From an uncultured Clostridia bacterium (lineage in GTDB: Bacteria; Bacillota; Clostridia; Christensenellales; CAG-314): DNA of 64,000 bases. How positions within the stretch are numbered: the stretch's first letter is position 1; each line of letters starts with the position of its first letter. The notes beneath the pieces are model-generated. The model did not search any database, was not told the DNA's origin, and saw only the letters and a list, made by a program, of their open reading frames with translations. Below, piece after piece: positions 18,114-28,162 of this stretch. The position numbers and the translations under genes were made by a program. The stretch covers positions 23,132 through 87,131 of the forward strand of contig CALVLA010000002.1 of the NCBI GenBank assembly GCA_944336125.1, read 5' to 3'.

Positions 18114-21100
18114 TGTTGAACAAATTTTCGTATTCTTCCATAGTAATAAGAACTTGACGAGGTTTTGCCCCTTCAAATTGACTTACAAAGTGCTTTTCTT
18201 CCATATCCTGAATAAGACGTCCTGCCCTGTTGTAGCCGATACTAAAACGTCTTTGAAGCATCGAAATTGACGCCGTACCTATTTCTATGACGTATTTCAA
18301 GGCGTCAAAGAACAGTTCGTCAAGATCGTCGTCATCATCACCGTTTTTACCGCCCGCTTCCTTTTTGGTTTTGAGGATAGCGTCCGCAACCTCGGTATCA
18401 AAGTAACTTTCGTTGTTTGCGGCGACAAAATTAACGACATCGCGCACTTCTTCGTCAAGAATAAGCGCACCTTGCAACCTTATCGGATCTGCCATGTTTG
18501 CCGTCTGGAAGAACATGTCTCCCTTACCCAGCAGTTTTTCAGGACCGCCCTGAGCCAAAATGGTTTTTGAATCGGCGACAGCCGTAACACGCAATGCAAT
18601 ACGAGCAGGGAAATTTGCTTTGATTACACCGGTAATGATATCAACGCTAGGTCTTTGAGTTGCAAGAACCAAGTGAATACCCGCGGCCCTGGCTTTTTGC
18701 GCCAATTTTTGAATTCGCTGTTCTATTTCGTTTTTGTTGTATTGCATGAGATCTGCAACTTCATCTACTACAAGAACGATTCTCGGCAATTTTTGAGTTG
18801 TTTCGGTATCAATTGCGTCGTTATACCCTCTAATGTCCCTCACTCCGTATTCGCTGAACAGGAGGAAACGTCTTTCCATTTCCTTTATGAGCCAGTTGAA
18901 AGCACTAATGGCCTTTTCAGGTTCGGTAATAACGTCATTGATCATAAGGTGAGGCAATTTGTTGTAAACAGAAAACTCAACACGCTTAGGGTCAACCAAA
19001 ATAAACCTCAAATCTTCAGGGCTGTATTTGTAAAGCATACTGATGATCAACGAGTTCATGCATACGCTTTTACCCTGACCCGTGGAGCCGGCGATAAGCA
19101 AGTGCGGCATATCTGCAAGGTCTGCAATGATTTTTTGTCCGCCGATATCAATACCCAACGCGAAGGTAAGTGCATGTTTGTCGTTTTGGAATTCAGGCGA
19201 TTCCAAAATAGAACGCAGCGGAACCTTTGCCACTTTTTTGTTAGGCACTTCGATACCGAACAGATTTTTTCCCGGAATCGGCGCTTCGATCCTGACCGAG
19301 GACTTGGACGCAACAACCATTGAAATATCGTCTGCAAGGCTGTTAACCCTTTTTACTGAAATACCCGGAGCCATTTCAAACTCGTAACGAGTTACTGTAG
19401 GTCCGTGAATAATATTTACGAGTTTGGATTCGACTTTAAACTGAGCCAAAGTGTTTTGGATGCTTTGACCAATGGCCTCATAATCTTCGGATACTACCGA
19501 CGGATCAAAAACCGAATCGTCCAAAAGCTGAAGCACAGGCGGAACGTATTTTTTGTATTTGTGAACAGGCTTTTGTGCTTTAGTTTCGCTTTCCTTGTCC
19601 GTAACAAATCCAACCTGAAAACCTTTGACTGCTTTTTGCAAAAACGGTTTTTCAATAAATTTAGGTTCCTCTGTTTTTGCTTGTATAGGCTGCTCACTTT
19701 CGACAACCATGTCAGCTGCCGAAATTCCTTTCAGTTCGCCGTCCGAAAGCAAATCTTCTTCGAAAATAGGATCTTCCGGTTTGACGCTTTCAAGCTCTTT
19801 ATTTTCTTTGTAGGAATATTCTTTTGAAACCTTGTCCTCAAAATCCAAAAACGGCATAGGTTTTGCCTCATCCGCTCTTTCGTCCTGAACAGGTTCGAAT
19901 TTTGCGGAAAAATCGTCTTTAAATGACAGTTTAGGCAGTATCTCCTCGCTTTTTTCCGAAGAAAGCTCCTCCCTTTTTGTCACGTAATCCGCAACCCACG
20001 GCTCAGCTTCTTTTGGTTGAACAGGTTTTTCTTGTTGTGCTTTTTCAACGACAGGCTTTGAAGCCGAAACTCCGCCGAAACGAACGTCCTCTTTGTTTTG
20101 AACGCTGCCGCTTTGCTGCAATCTTTCAAAAGCTTCCTTTCGTTTGATCTGAGCCGACATTTCATCGCCGTTTACGATAGGCGGCAAATTGTCGTCCGGT
20201 CTCATTTCACCTTTCAAAGCATACAATTCGTCTTTTGCGTTTGACTTGACTTTTTTGTCAGGCTTTTCCTCGGCCAAAAACTCGGCTGTTTTTTTGATGT
20301 TTAAAGTATCGCTGGTATACTGATCGTCACCGTGCAAAATAGCAGGCGGCTCGTCAAAGGTTTTGTTAAAATTTGAAACAGGAGCTGTTTTGATGTTTTC
20401 GTTGTTTTTCAAAACGTTTCCGTAATAATTTTCAAAATCTTTGGTGTAAGAGGTATTAGGCGTTGCTCCTCTTTGCACAGACATGTCTGAACGCGCGCTA
20501 AATGCCGAAGAATCCTGATTTTGCCAAAGTCTGTCGCCGTAAAGTTGTTCACGAGCGGTTTTTTGCTGTCTTTCAAACTCATTGTTTTGAGCACCGAAAT
20601 CATTTTGCGGTTCGTAAGAACGGTTTGCTCCTCTGTCACCGTAAAGCTCGTTAAAGGAGTTGTTTACTTTTACTCTCTGCTGCTGAGGCTGAGCATTAAA
20701 ACTTCCCTGCTGAGTATATACATGATGAACGACTTGCTGAACAGGAGCCTGTTTGTTGTCGTTTATGGTTGCGACAAAAAGCTTGTTTTTAGGATAATGC
20801 GGCTGAATATAAGATTCCTTCGTAATGATTTTTTCGCTTTTTTCCAATTTCATGTTGGAAATCTTGAAGAAATACTCTGCAGCAATAAAAACGGTCAGAA
20901 TAATTAAAGCAATAATAAAAATATAAGTTCCGAAAACACTCAGCGCATTGCAAAGCGGCCAAACGAACAGCGCAGAAAAAGCGCCGCCGAAAGTCGACAT
21001 TTCAGCATAATTGTAGCAAGCTCCGAGATACTCGGAATAAGAGTTTTCCGCCACGCCGCCCTGCGAAGTCATGAGATGAATAAGCAGCGAAACGGCAAAA

Positions 21101-21378
21101 AACATAATAACAAAGTTGGCTATCTGAATTTTAGGCAAAACAACGTGTTTGTCCGCCAAAATCATAATTCCTGCAACGAGTGCCGCGGAAATTACGGCAA
21201 AAGCGGTAAGACCGAACAATCCGAAAAAGAAATTTGACACAGCCTTGCCTATAATTCCTAAAAAAGTACTTCCGGTGATAAGACAAAACAATAAAAACGC
21301 GCTTATGACAATAACCGTCGTTCCTATTGATTTTCGAACATCAAATGATTTTTTATTTAAGCTTTTGTTTTTCATCAA
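18106..21378 (-). CDS. ftsK: DNA translocase FtsK/SpoIIIE
   Basis: N-terminal TM helices, a ~450 aa Q/N/E/P-rich linker, motor domain with GSTGQGKS, and a gamma wHTH C-terminus. Confidence 0.95.
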   Translation of the reverse strand: MMKNKSLNKKSFDVRKSIGTTVIVISAFLLFCLITGSTFLGIIGKAVSNFFFGLFGLTAFAVISAALVAGIMILADKHVVLPKIQIANFVIMFFAVSLLIHLMTSQGGVAENSYSEYLGACYNYAEMSTFGGAFSALFVWPLCNALSVFGTYIFIIALIILTVFIAAEYFFKISNMKLEKSEKIITKESYIQPHYPKNKLFVATINDNKQAPVQQVVHHVYTQQGSFNAQPQQQRVKVNNSFNELYGDRGANRSYEPQNDFGAQNNEFERQQKTAREQLYGDRLWQNQDSSAFSARSDMSVQRGATPNTSYTKDFENYYGNVLKNNENIKTAPVSNFNKTFDEPPAILHGDDQYTSDTLNIKKTAEFLAEEKPDKKVKSNAKDELYALKGEMRPDDNLPPIVNGDEMSAQIKRKEAFERLQQSGSVQNKEDVRFGGVSASKPVVEKAQQEKPVQPKEAEPWVADYVTKREELSSEKSEEILPKLSFKDDFSAKFEPVQDERADEAKPMPFLDFEDKVSKEYSYKENKELESVKPEDPIFEEDLLSDGELKGISAADMVVESEQPIQAKTEEPKFIEKPFLQKAVKGFQVGFVTDKESETKAQKPVHKYKKYVPPVLQLLDDSVFDPSVVSEDYEAIGQSIQNTLAQFKVESKLVNIIHGPTVTRYEFEMAPGISVKRVNSLADDISMVVASKSSVRIEAPIPGKNLFGIEVPNKKVAKVPLRSILESPEFQNDKHALTFALGIDIGGQKIIADLADMPHLLIAGSTGQGKSVCMNSLIISMLYKYSPEDLRFILVDPKRVEFSVYNKLPHLMINDVITEPEKAISAFNWLIKEMERRFLLFSEYGVRDIRGYNDAIDTETTQKLPRIVLVVDEVADLMQYNKNEIEQRIQKLAQKARAAGIHLVLATQRPSVDIITGVIKANFPARIALRVTAVADSKTILAQGGPEKLLGKGDMFFQTANMADPIRLQGALILDEEVRDVVNFVAANNESYFDTEVADAILKTKKEAGGKNGDDDDDLDELFFDALKYVIEIGTASISMLQRRFSIGYNRAGRLIQDMEEKHFVSQFEGAKPRQVLITMEEYENLFNNG

Positions 21379-21399
21379 ATCTACCTGTCCTATTTAATA

Positions 21400-21428
21400 A
21401 TTATAACATAACAAGCACTTATTTACAA
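21400..21428 (-). promoter_or_regulatory. Candidate ftsK promoter
   Basis: On the minus strand: TTGTAA (21423-21428), 17 nt spacer, TATAAT (21400-21405). Confidence 0.5.
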
Positions 21429-21463
21429 TAAATAAATCCACAAAAGCCCCCACTCAAACAAAC

Positions 21464-22723
21464 TTACTTTTTAAACTTTTCCAACAAATCTTCAGGCTGA
21501 ATTTCTTTCGAAACAATGGCGAGAGCCGCATTTTCAATATTCAAAATTTCCGCCAACGCTTCTTCCGCCTGCTGTTTTGTTACCTTATCTATATCTGCAA
21601 TTTTTTCTTCAACAGAGTATTTTTTGTCAAGCAAAAGATAGCTTTTTCCGATGTTGGACATAACGACGGTACTGTTTTCCTGCGAAAGCAACGTTCCCCC
21701 TTTAAGCTGCTCTTTTCCTCTCAAAAACTCATCGTCGGTAATGCCTTCCGAAACGATTTTTTTAATTTCTTCTTTTATGAGTCTCAAAACTTCCGAAACG
21801 TTTTTAGGGTTTGTCCCTGCGTAAATTTCAAGATACCCGTTGTTTACGTAATAAGACGGATAGGCATAAACCGTATAAGCCATGCCGTTTTCCTCTCTGA
21901 TTTTCTGAAAAAGTCTGCTTGACATTCCGCTTCCGAAAACAGCCGCGGCAACCGCAAACGCAGGCACTTTTTCATGATCGTAAGGAAGCGCTTCAAACGC
22001 AAGGCAAATATGTGTTTGCTCAATGTCCTTGTTTTTTGTCAAAAATCTTGACTCGCAAGTCTGTTTTTGAAGTTTTTCTTTCTTTTGACCTGTTTTTACG
22101 AAAGGCAAAAGATATTTTTCGACATAACCGCAAGCATCCTCGTGTTTTATGTTGCCTGCAAATGAAACTACGATGTTATCTGCGGTATAATACTTATCTT
22201 TAAAATCAATCAATTCCTGCCTTGTAGCCGAAGAAATCCTTTGTTTTTCGCCGATTATGGTTTGACCGAGAGAACCGTTAGGGTAAAGCGCTTGGGCAAT
22301 CAAATCATGACACACGTCGTCCGGAGTGTCCTCTCCCATTGTGATTTCCTCAAGGATAACTTTTCGTTCTCTTTCAAGTTCTTCAGGATCGAATTTTGAG
22401 TTCAAAATCATGTCGCTCAAAATTTCCACTGACTGTTCTGCATAGTTAGCGGCAACTTTGGTGTAGTAACATGTCATATCCTTGGATGTAAATGCGTTAA
22501 ACTGTCCGCCTATTCTGTCAATGGAATCAGAAATTTCAAATGAAGTCCTCTTTTCGGTACCTTTAAACATCATGTGTTCGATAAAGTGCGAAAAACCGTT
22601 GTCTGACGAGTTTTCCATACAGCTTCCCACACCGACGCAAATGCCTACGCTGAGGGAATAAATCCCCGGCATTTCCTTTACCGCAACTTTAAGACCGTTG
22701 TCGTATTGTTTTACAAAATCCAT
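21464..22723 (-). CDS. M16-family zinc peptidase (MlpA/YmxG-like)
   Basis: Inverted zinc motif HFIEHMMFKGT, 419 aa. Confidence 0.9.
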   Translation of the reverse strand: MDFVKQYDNGLKVAVKEMPGIYSLSVGICVGVGSCMENSSDNGFSHFIEHMMFKGTEKRTSFEISDSIDRIGGQFNAFTSKDMTCYYTKVAANYAEQSVEILSDMILNSKFDPEELERERKVILEEITMGEDTPDDVCHDLIAQALYPNGSLGQTIIGEKQRISSATRQELIDFKDKYYTADNIVVSFAGNIKHEDACGYVEKYLLPFVKTGQKKEKLQKQTCESRFLTKNKDIEQTHICLAFEALPYDHEKVPAFAVAAAVFGSGMSSRLFQKIREENGMAYTVYAYPSYYVNNGYLEIYAGTNPKNVSEVLRLIKEEIKKIVSEGITDDEFLRGKEQLKGGTLLSQENSTVVMSNIGKSYLLLDKKYSVEEKIADIDKVTKQQAEEALAEILNIENAALAIVSKEIQPEDLLEKFKK

Positions 22724-22734
22724 AAATCTCCTTT

Positions 22735-23448
22735 TTAAGCAAGGTTTTCGCTTACCGTAACAAGCATAAGCCCTTTTGACATAATTTCGGTAATAATGTC
22801 ATCCAGTGCTTTAAGTGTATCCTTTGTAGGGTGCATCAATACCAAGTCGCCGTTTGAAATGTTTTTAGTAGCTCTGTTGAAAATCAGCGAGCTGTCCTTG
22901 TCTCTCCAATCGATGGTATCTTTCGACCACATAACGGTTTTGTAACCAAGCGTATCGGCAGCGGTCAAAGTTGCCGACGAATACGCGCCGCTCGGAGGAG
23001 CAAAAAGGTTCATTTCAATGCCTGTTGTCTGAAGCACAAGATCATGACACAGCGAAATTTCCTGTTTGTTTTTTTCAAAACTGATTTTGTCGTGATTTAA
23101 ATGAAGATATCCGTGATTTCCTATTTCATGACCGGCATCTGCAATTTTTTTAAGGGTTTCGTTATTTTTTTCCACCCAAATGCCACCCACAAAAAAAGTA
23201 GCTTTGACTTTGTGATTTTCAAGCACTTGCAAAATGCCGTCGATGTATTCGGTGCCCTGATAAACGTTAAACATCAGGCTCACGTTTTTGTTTTGTTCGT
23301 TTCCTTTGTAAATGGCTTTGTTTCCATCCGCACTTGCCGTCGTAAAAACATTTGTCGACAAACTGACGGAAAAAATTACAACTATAACCAAAGTTATTAT
23401 AACATTTGCAAAGATATTTACAAAGACATTTTCGCCGATTTTTTTCAT
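22735..23448 (-). CDS. Polysaccharide deacetylase family protein (YlxY/PdaB-like)
   Basis: NodB-type motifs (ATFFVGG, GHEIGNHGYLH), an N-terminal TM helix, and the position after pnp as in Bacillus ylxY. The start at MKKIGEN has SD GAGGTG. Confidence 0.85.
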   Translation of the reverse strand: MKKIGENVFVNIFANVIITLVIVVIFSVSLSTNVFTTASADGNKAIYKGNEQNKNVSLMFNVYQGTEYIDGILQVLENHKVKATFFVGGIWVEKNNETLKKIADAGHEIGNHGYLHLNHDKISFEKNKQEISLCHDLVLQTTGIEMNLFAPPSGAYSSATLTAADTLGYKTVMWSKDTIDWRDKDSSLIFNRATKNISNGDLVLMHPTKDTLKALDDIITEIMSKGLMLVTVSENLA

Positions 23449-23502
23449 ACACACCTCAAAAAAATGTATGAAAAATTTTTCCGTCCTATGAGCATAAAAA
23501 CA

Positions 23503-23557
23503 CAAAAAAAGACGGCATAAAGCCGCCTAAAAACAAAAACGGGCATAAAGCCCGTTT
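23503..23557 (-). terminator. Two tandem terminator hairpins after pnp
   Basis: On the minus strand: AAAACGGGC-TTTAT-GCCCGTTTT then a T-run, followed by GGCGGC-TTTAT-GCCGTC then T7. Confidence 0.75.
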
Positions 23558-23560
23558 TAA

Positions 23561-25681
23561 TTAAAGTTTTTTAATAAGTTTCAAATCGATTCTGCCTTTG
23601 TCGTCAACTTTGATAACTTTTGCTTTTACGGTATCTCCGATATTAACGACGTCGGTAACTTTTTCTACTCTTTCCTTAGCGAGTTTCGAAATGTGAATCA
23701 TTCCGTCTCTGCCTGGAGCAAGTTCAACAAACGCACCGAAATCCAAAATTCTAACGACTTTTCCCGTGTATTCGTCACCGACTTCAGGATCTTTTGCAAT
23801 GCTCAAAACCATTGCTTTTGCTTTTTCGGACATTTCGGCGTCAGGAGTTGCGATAAATACGCGGCCTTCGTCGGTAATGTCGATTTTTACTCCGGTCTGC
23901 TCAATAATCTTGTTGATTACTTTTCCGCCGCTGCCGATAACTTCTTTAATTTTTTCAGGATTGATATCAAAAGAAATAATCTTCGGAGCGTATTTGGAAA
24001 GTTCTTTTCTAGGTTCAGGCAAAACAGCTTTCATTTTTTCCAAAATGAACAGTCTGCCCTTTCTTGCCTGTTCAAGAGCGGTTTCAAGAATTTGCCTGTC
24101 AATACCTTTGATTTTGATATCCATCTGAATTGCAGTGATACCTTTTGAAGTACCTGCAACTTTGAAGTCCATATCTCCGAGGAAGTCTTCAAGTCCCTGA
24201 ATATCCGAAAGAATTGCGACTTTGCCGTGTTCTTCGTCTTTCATAAGGCCCATAGCGATACCTGCGACAGGAGCTTTGATCGGAACACCGGCATCCATCA
24301 ATGCCAAAGTAGAACCGCAGATGCTTGCCTGAGATGTTGAACCGTTGCTGCTGACTACCTCCGAAACAGTACGGATCGCATAAGGAAATTCTTCTTCGCT
24401 AGGAATAACAGGTTCCAAAGCTCTTTCAGCCAACGCACCGTGACCGATTTCCCTTCTTCCCGGGGAACGAAGCGGTTTTGCCTCACCTGTCGAATAACCA
24501 GGCATATTGTAATGATGCATATATCTCTTGAAAGTATCGTCATCGAGTCCTTCAAGCTTCTGAACGTCGGAAATAGTTCCCAAAGTAGCGGTGGTGATAA
24601 CCTGAGTCATACCTCTGGTAAACACGCCTGTTCCGTGAACTCTAGGCAAAATACCGGCTTCGCACCAAATTTCCCTGATTTCATCGGTTTTTCTGCCGTC
24701 AGGTCTGATGCCGTGATTCAAAATTTTTGCTCTTACTTTTTCTTTTGTCAAGGCATACAAAGCGTCGCCTACGTATTGAACGTAATCAGGATTTGTTTCC
24801 GCATAGTAAGCGGTAACTTTTTCATTAACTTCGTCCTCGTTCTTTTGTCTTTCGGCACGATCGAAAGTGTCGAGAGCCTTGTCAAGCATGTCGCTTGCGT
24901 AAGCTTTGATTTCAGCTTTAATATCTTCAGGAACAAGGTTCAAAACAGGAACAATTTTTTCTTTTCCCACTTCTTCCCTTATTTTTTCGATAAATTCACA
25001 TTGTTTTTTAATTTCTTCGTGGCCGAAAAGAATAGCTCCGAGCATCTGTTCTTCGGAAATTTCCTTTGAACCTGCTTCAACCATCATAATAGCGTCTTTT
25101 GTTCCGGCAAGGTTCAAAGCCAAAGTGCTGCGGTCTCTCTGTTTCGCATCAGGGTTAATGACGTATTCTCCGTCAACAATACCTACTGCAACGCTTCCCG
25201 TAGGGCCGGCAAAAGGAATGTCTGAAATTGTGAGCGCGATAGAAGAACCTATCATCGCGAGAACTTCAGGCGAGTTGTCACCGTCAACCGACATTGCGGT
25301 TGCGATTACCGATACGTCGTTGAAAAATCCTTTAGGAAAAAGAGGTCTGATAGGTCTGTCGATAAGCCTTGAAACAAGGATAGCCTTGTCGCTAGGTCTG
25401 CCTTCTCTCTTTTTAAATCCTCCCGGAATTTTGCCTACGGCATACATTTTTTCTTCGAAGTCAACTCCCAAAGGGAAAAAGTCAATGCCAGGTCTTTGAG
25501 TTTTTGCAAGGGTGGCGTTGACCATAACAGCCGTTTCACCCATACGAACGATACATGAGCCGTTTGCCTGTTCGGCGTATTTGCCAATTTCAACAGACAA
25601 AGTTTTTCCGCCAATTTCGGTTTCGAAAATATGGTATTTTCTGCTTCCGATCTGGCAATCGTGTTTTACGAATTTTGTCAT
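23561..25681 (-). CDS. pnp: Polyribonucleotide nucleotidyltransferase (PNPase)
   Basis: Two RNase PH domains plus KH and S1 domains. The start at MTKFVKH has AGGAG 8 nt upstream. Confidence 0.97.
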   Translation of the reverse strand: MTKFVKHDCQIGSRKYHIFETEIGGKTLSVEIGKYAEQANGSCIVRMGETAVMVNATLAKTQRPGIDFFPLGVDFEEKMYAVGKIPGGFKKREGRPSDKAILVSRLIDRPIRPLFPKGFFNDVSVIATAMSVDGDNSPEVLAMIGSSIALTISDIPFAGPTGSVAVGIVDGEYVINPDAKQRDRSTLALNLAGTKDAIMMVEAGSKEISEEQMLGAILFGHEEIKKQCEFIEKIREEVGKEKIVPVLNLVPEDIKAEIKAYASDMLDKALDTFDRAERQKNEDEVNEKVTAYYAETNPDYVQYVGDALYALTKEKVRAKILNHGIRPDGRKTDEIREIWCEAGILPRVHGTGVFTRGMTQVITTATLGTISDVQKLEGLDDDTFKRYMHHYNMPGYSTGEAKPLRSPGRREIGHGALAERALEPVIPSEEEFPYAIRTVSEVVSSNGSTSQASICGSTLALMDAGVPIKAPVAGIAMGLMKDEEHGKVAILSDIQGLEDFLGDMDFKVAGTSKGITAIQMDIKIKGIDRQILETALEQARKGRLFILEKMKAVLPEPRKELSKYAPKIISFDINPEKIKEVIGSGGKVINKIIEQTGVKIDITDEGRVFIATPDAEMSEKAKAMVLSIAKDPEVGDEYTGKVVRILDFGAFVELAPGRDGMIHISKLAKERVEKVTDVVNIGDTVKAKVIKVDDKGRIDLKLIKKL

Positions 25682-25713
25682 CTTCTCTACTCCTACATAC
25701 ATCCTACCGATAT

Positions 25714-25748
25714 TTAAAAAAAACGGCGGAAAAAAATTTCCGCCCTTT
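25714..25748 (-). terminator. rpsO terminator / pnp leader hairpin
   Basis: On the minus strand: GGGCGGAAA-loop-TTCCGCC followed by T8. Confidence 0.8.
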
Positions 25749-25752
25749 TAAC

Positions 25753-26016
25753 TTACTTTCTGAGATCGAGTTCAGCGATAATCTGTCTGTATTTTTCAAG
25801 GTCGGTACTTTTGAGATAGTCAAGCAAGCCTCTTCTTTTACCAACCATTTGCAAAAGACCGCGTCTTGAGTGGTGGTCTTTTTTGTTGACTTTCAAGTGC
25901 TCAGTCAAGTGATTGATGCGAGCTGTCAACAAAGCGATTTGAACTTCCGGAGAACCGGTATCGCCTTCTTTGCGGCCGAACTTAGTGATAATTTCAGATT
26001 TGTTGATTTGTGCCAT
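25753..26016 (-). CDS. rpsO: 30S ribosomal protein S15
   Basis: [15 protein letters not shown]...[24 protein letters not shown] lies upstream. Confidence 0.95.
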   Translation of the reverse strand: MAQINKSEIITKFGRKEGDTGSPEVQIALLTARINHLTEHLKVNKKDHHSRRGLLQMVGKRRGLLDYLKSTDLEKYRQIIAELDLRK

Positions 26017-26129
26017 AATTTCCTCCAAAAATAAATTCGCCAAAAACTTAGTAAAGCGGCGGAGACTCGCTTAACCAAGCAATCGGTACTGGAAAATAAT
26101 AGCATAAAGACTGTTTTTTGTAAACTGTT

Positions 26130-27545
26130 TTAAAGGCCGAAAAACCTTCTTTTTTTGTCAATCATTTCGTCGATTCTGTTGATGTAATTGTCAAAATCCT
26201 TGACGTCGCCGAAACGCTCGATTCTGTTTTGGCTGAAAAAAACTCTTTTCGAAACGGCATTGGCGCCGCAAGCAAAAATCGACGACGTTTCCTCCATCAT
26301 ATCGATGTTGTAAACGCATTGCTTTCCCTCAAGAGAATAACCGACGTTTTCAAAATTGCCCGCCATATATTTTTGTCGGTACATATAGTATGGACCGTAA
26401 CCGTTACTTTTTAAAACTTCGCTTGAATAATCAAGCATTTCGGAAATATCCGAGCACTCCTCTCTGACGCAAGAATTTTCCTTCAAAAATGATCCCGCCT
26501 TTAACGCAAGAGTGTGCACGGTGATATTTTCCGGTTTTAACTCAACGGCTTTTTTGACGCTGTCGCAAAACATTTCATAGCTTTCACCCGGAAGCCCTGC
26601 AATCAAATCCATGTTTATGTCAAAGCCAAATGACCTTGAAAGCTCAAATTTATCATATATGTCTGTAATAGTATGTTTTCTATTTATCAAATCGAGAGTA
26701 CATTGATTAAAAGTTTGCGGATTTATCGAAATTCTGTTAACTTTTCTTTCCTTAAACAAAGTCAACTTGTTTTTATCAATAGTGTCAGGTCTGCCCGCCT
26801 CTACCGTAAATTCGCTTACGTCAAACAAAACGGAATCAAAAATTTCCTTAAGCTCATCGGCGGAAAACGATGTTGGTGTGCCTCCTCCTATGTAAAGATT
26901 TCTGATATTGTACCCGGCTTCACACGCCATTTGAAAAGTAGCTTCAATTTCCTTTTTAAGGGCTTTTATATAAGGTTCGACGTATTTCCTTTGTTTTGCG
27001 ATTTCACCGCTTACAAATGAACAGTAGCTGCATCGACTCACGCAAAATGGAATATTGATGTAAAAATCAGCATTTTTTTCATCTTGATTGATTAAGCCTT
27101 GCTGATTTTTTAGTATTTCAGACACCATTTCGGCTTTTTTGTCCGAAACAAAAAATATGTTTTTAAAATATTTTTCGACGTCGTCAACGCCCTCTTTTTT
27201 CAATTCATAAGCCAGTTTTGTCGGACGTATTCCGGTCAGCGCACCCCACGGCATAGTTTTTCCCGTGCTTTCCCAAAAACATTTGTATGCACACAGTTTT
27301 GCCGCCCTTTTTGTAAAACGCTTTTTTTCTATATCACTCCACTCGCTTTTTATTTCGCACACCGACGTCGTTTTGTGTCCGTCAAAAATACAAGTGAATT
27401 TGTCAAAACCTTTTTCGTGTTCCACAAAAAAACCAAGTCTGAAATCGGTATTAGACTCGGTTTTTTCCGTCTTATCGTTAGGAAAAAATTGTCTTGCCAC
27501 GTCGGATATATCGGCGGCAAAATCACTGTTTGTTAAAAAGAGCAT
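26130..27545 (-). CDS. HemZ-like radical SAM protein (coproporphyrinogen dehydrogenase family)
   Basis: Radical SAM CVSRCSYC, a HemN-like core, and the extra N-terminal domain typical of HemZ. Confidence 0.8.
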   Translation of the reverse strand: MLFLTNSDFAADISDVARQFFPNDKTEKTESNTDFRLGFFVEHEKGFDKFTCIFDGHKTTSVCEIKSEWSDIEKKRFTKRAAKLCAYKCFWESTGKTMPWGALTGIRPTKLAYELKKEGVDDVEKYFKNIFFVSDKKAEMVSEILKNQQGLINQDEKNADFYINIPFCVSRCSYCSFVSGEIAKQRKYVEPYIKALKKEIEATFQMACEAGYNIRNLYIGGGTPTSFSADELKEIFDSVLFDVSEFTVEAGRPDTIDKNKLTLFKERKVNRISINPQTFNQCTLDLINRKHTITDIYDKFELSRSFGFDINMDLIAGLPGESYEMFCDSVKKAVELKPENITVHTLALKAGSFLKENSCVREECSDISEMLDYSSEVLKSNGYGPYYMYRQKYMAGNFENVGYSLEGKQCVYNIDMMEETSSIFACGANAVSKRVFFSQNRIERFGDVKDFDNYINRIDEMIDKKRRFFGL

Positions 27546-28159
27546 TCTCCCCTCAAATAAATATTGTTTTCCTGCTCGTCCTTAAGTCTGGTGCTTTCTT
27601 CATGTCCTGGAAAAACAATATAATTTCTTTCTATTTTGTTTATTTTTGCCAAACTTTCCTTCATTTTTTGAGGATTGCTTTCTGCAAAATCCGTTCTTCC
27701 TATCGAATCGCAAAAAAGCGTGTCACCCGAAAACATAAAGTCGTCGATAAAATAGCACACGCTGCCGTCGGTATGTCCCGGCGTAGCCATGACCTTAAAT
27801 TCAAAATTTCCGATTTTCAAAGTTTCACCATCGGCAACAAATTCTGTCGCGGCACAGTTTTCGGCAGGTACCCTAAATCTGTTTTGAGAAGCTTTGTTCA
27901 TCAATTCCGCATCGGCTTCCGACGCATAGACAGGCACGTTTATTTTTCTTAAAAAGCCCGCCACTCCTCCGCAATGATCAAAATGACCGTGCGTAAGCAA
28001 AATCGCAAGCGGCTTCAACCCGTTTTCAGCGCAAAAGTCGGCTAGTTTTTCGCCGGAACCGTCTGGCACATCAATCACAACCGCGTTTTTTCCCTCGTCG
28101 GAAAGTAAATAGCTGTTTGTTCCAATTCGTCCGCAAACAATTAAATTCAAATTTTTCAT
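27533..28159 (-). CDS. MBL-fold metallo-hydrolase
   Basis: LTHGHFDHCGG motif, 208 aa. Confidence 0.85.
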   Translation of the reverse strand: MKNLNLIVCGRIGTNSYLLSDEGKNAVVIDVPDGSGEKLADFCAENGLKPLAILLTHGHFDHCGGVAGFLRKINVPVYASEADAELMNKASQNRFRVPAENCAATEFVADGETLKIGNFEFKVMATPGHTDGSVCYFIDDFMFSGDTLFCDSIGRTDFAESNPQKMKESLAKINKIERNYIVFPGHEESTRLKDEQENNIYLRGECSF

Positions 28160-28162
28160 AAT

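Noticed and set aside
19400-20800. The Q/N/E/P-rich region in the middle of ftsK, as a possible separate gene, repeat array or insertion.
   Set aside because: It is a continuous open frame between the FtsK membrane domain and the motor domain. FtsK linkers are typically long, low-complexity and variable. I noticed no exact nucleotide repeats.
26017-26129. A possible structured S15 (rpsO) autoregulatory leader.
   Set aside because: I could find only a short AAGCG/CGCTT stem by eye, which is not enough to call a leader RNA without a covariance-model search.
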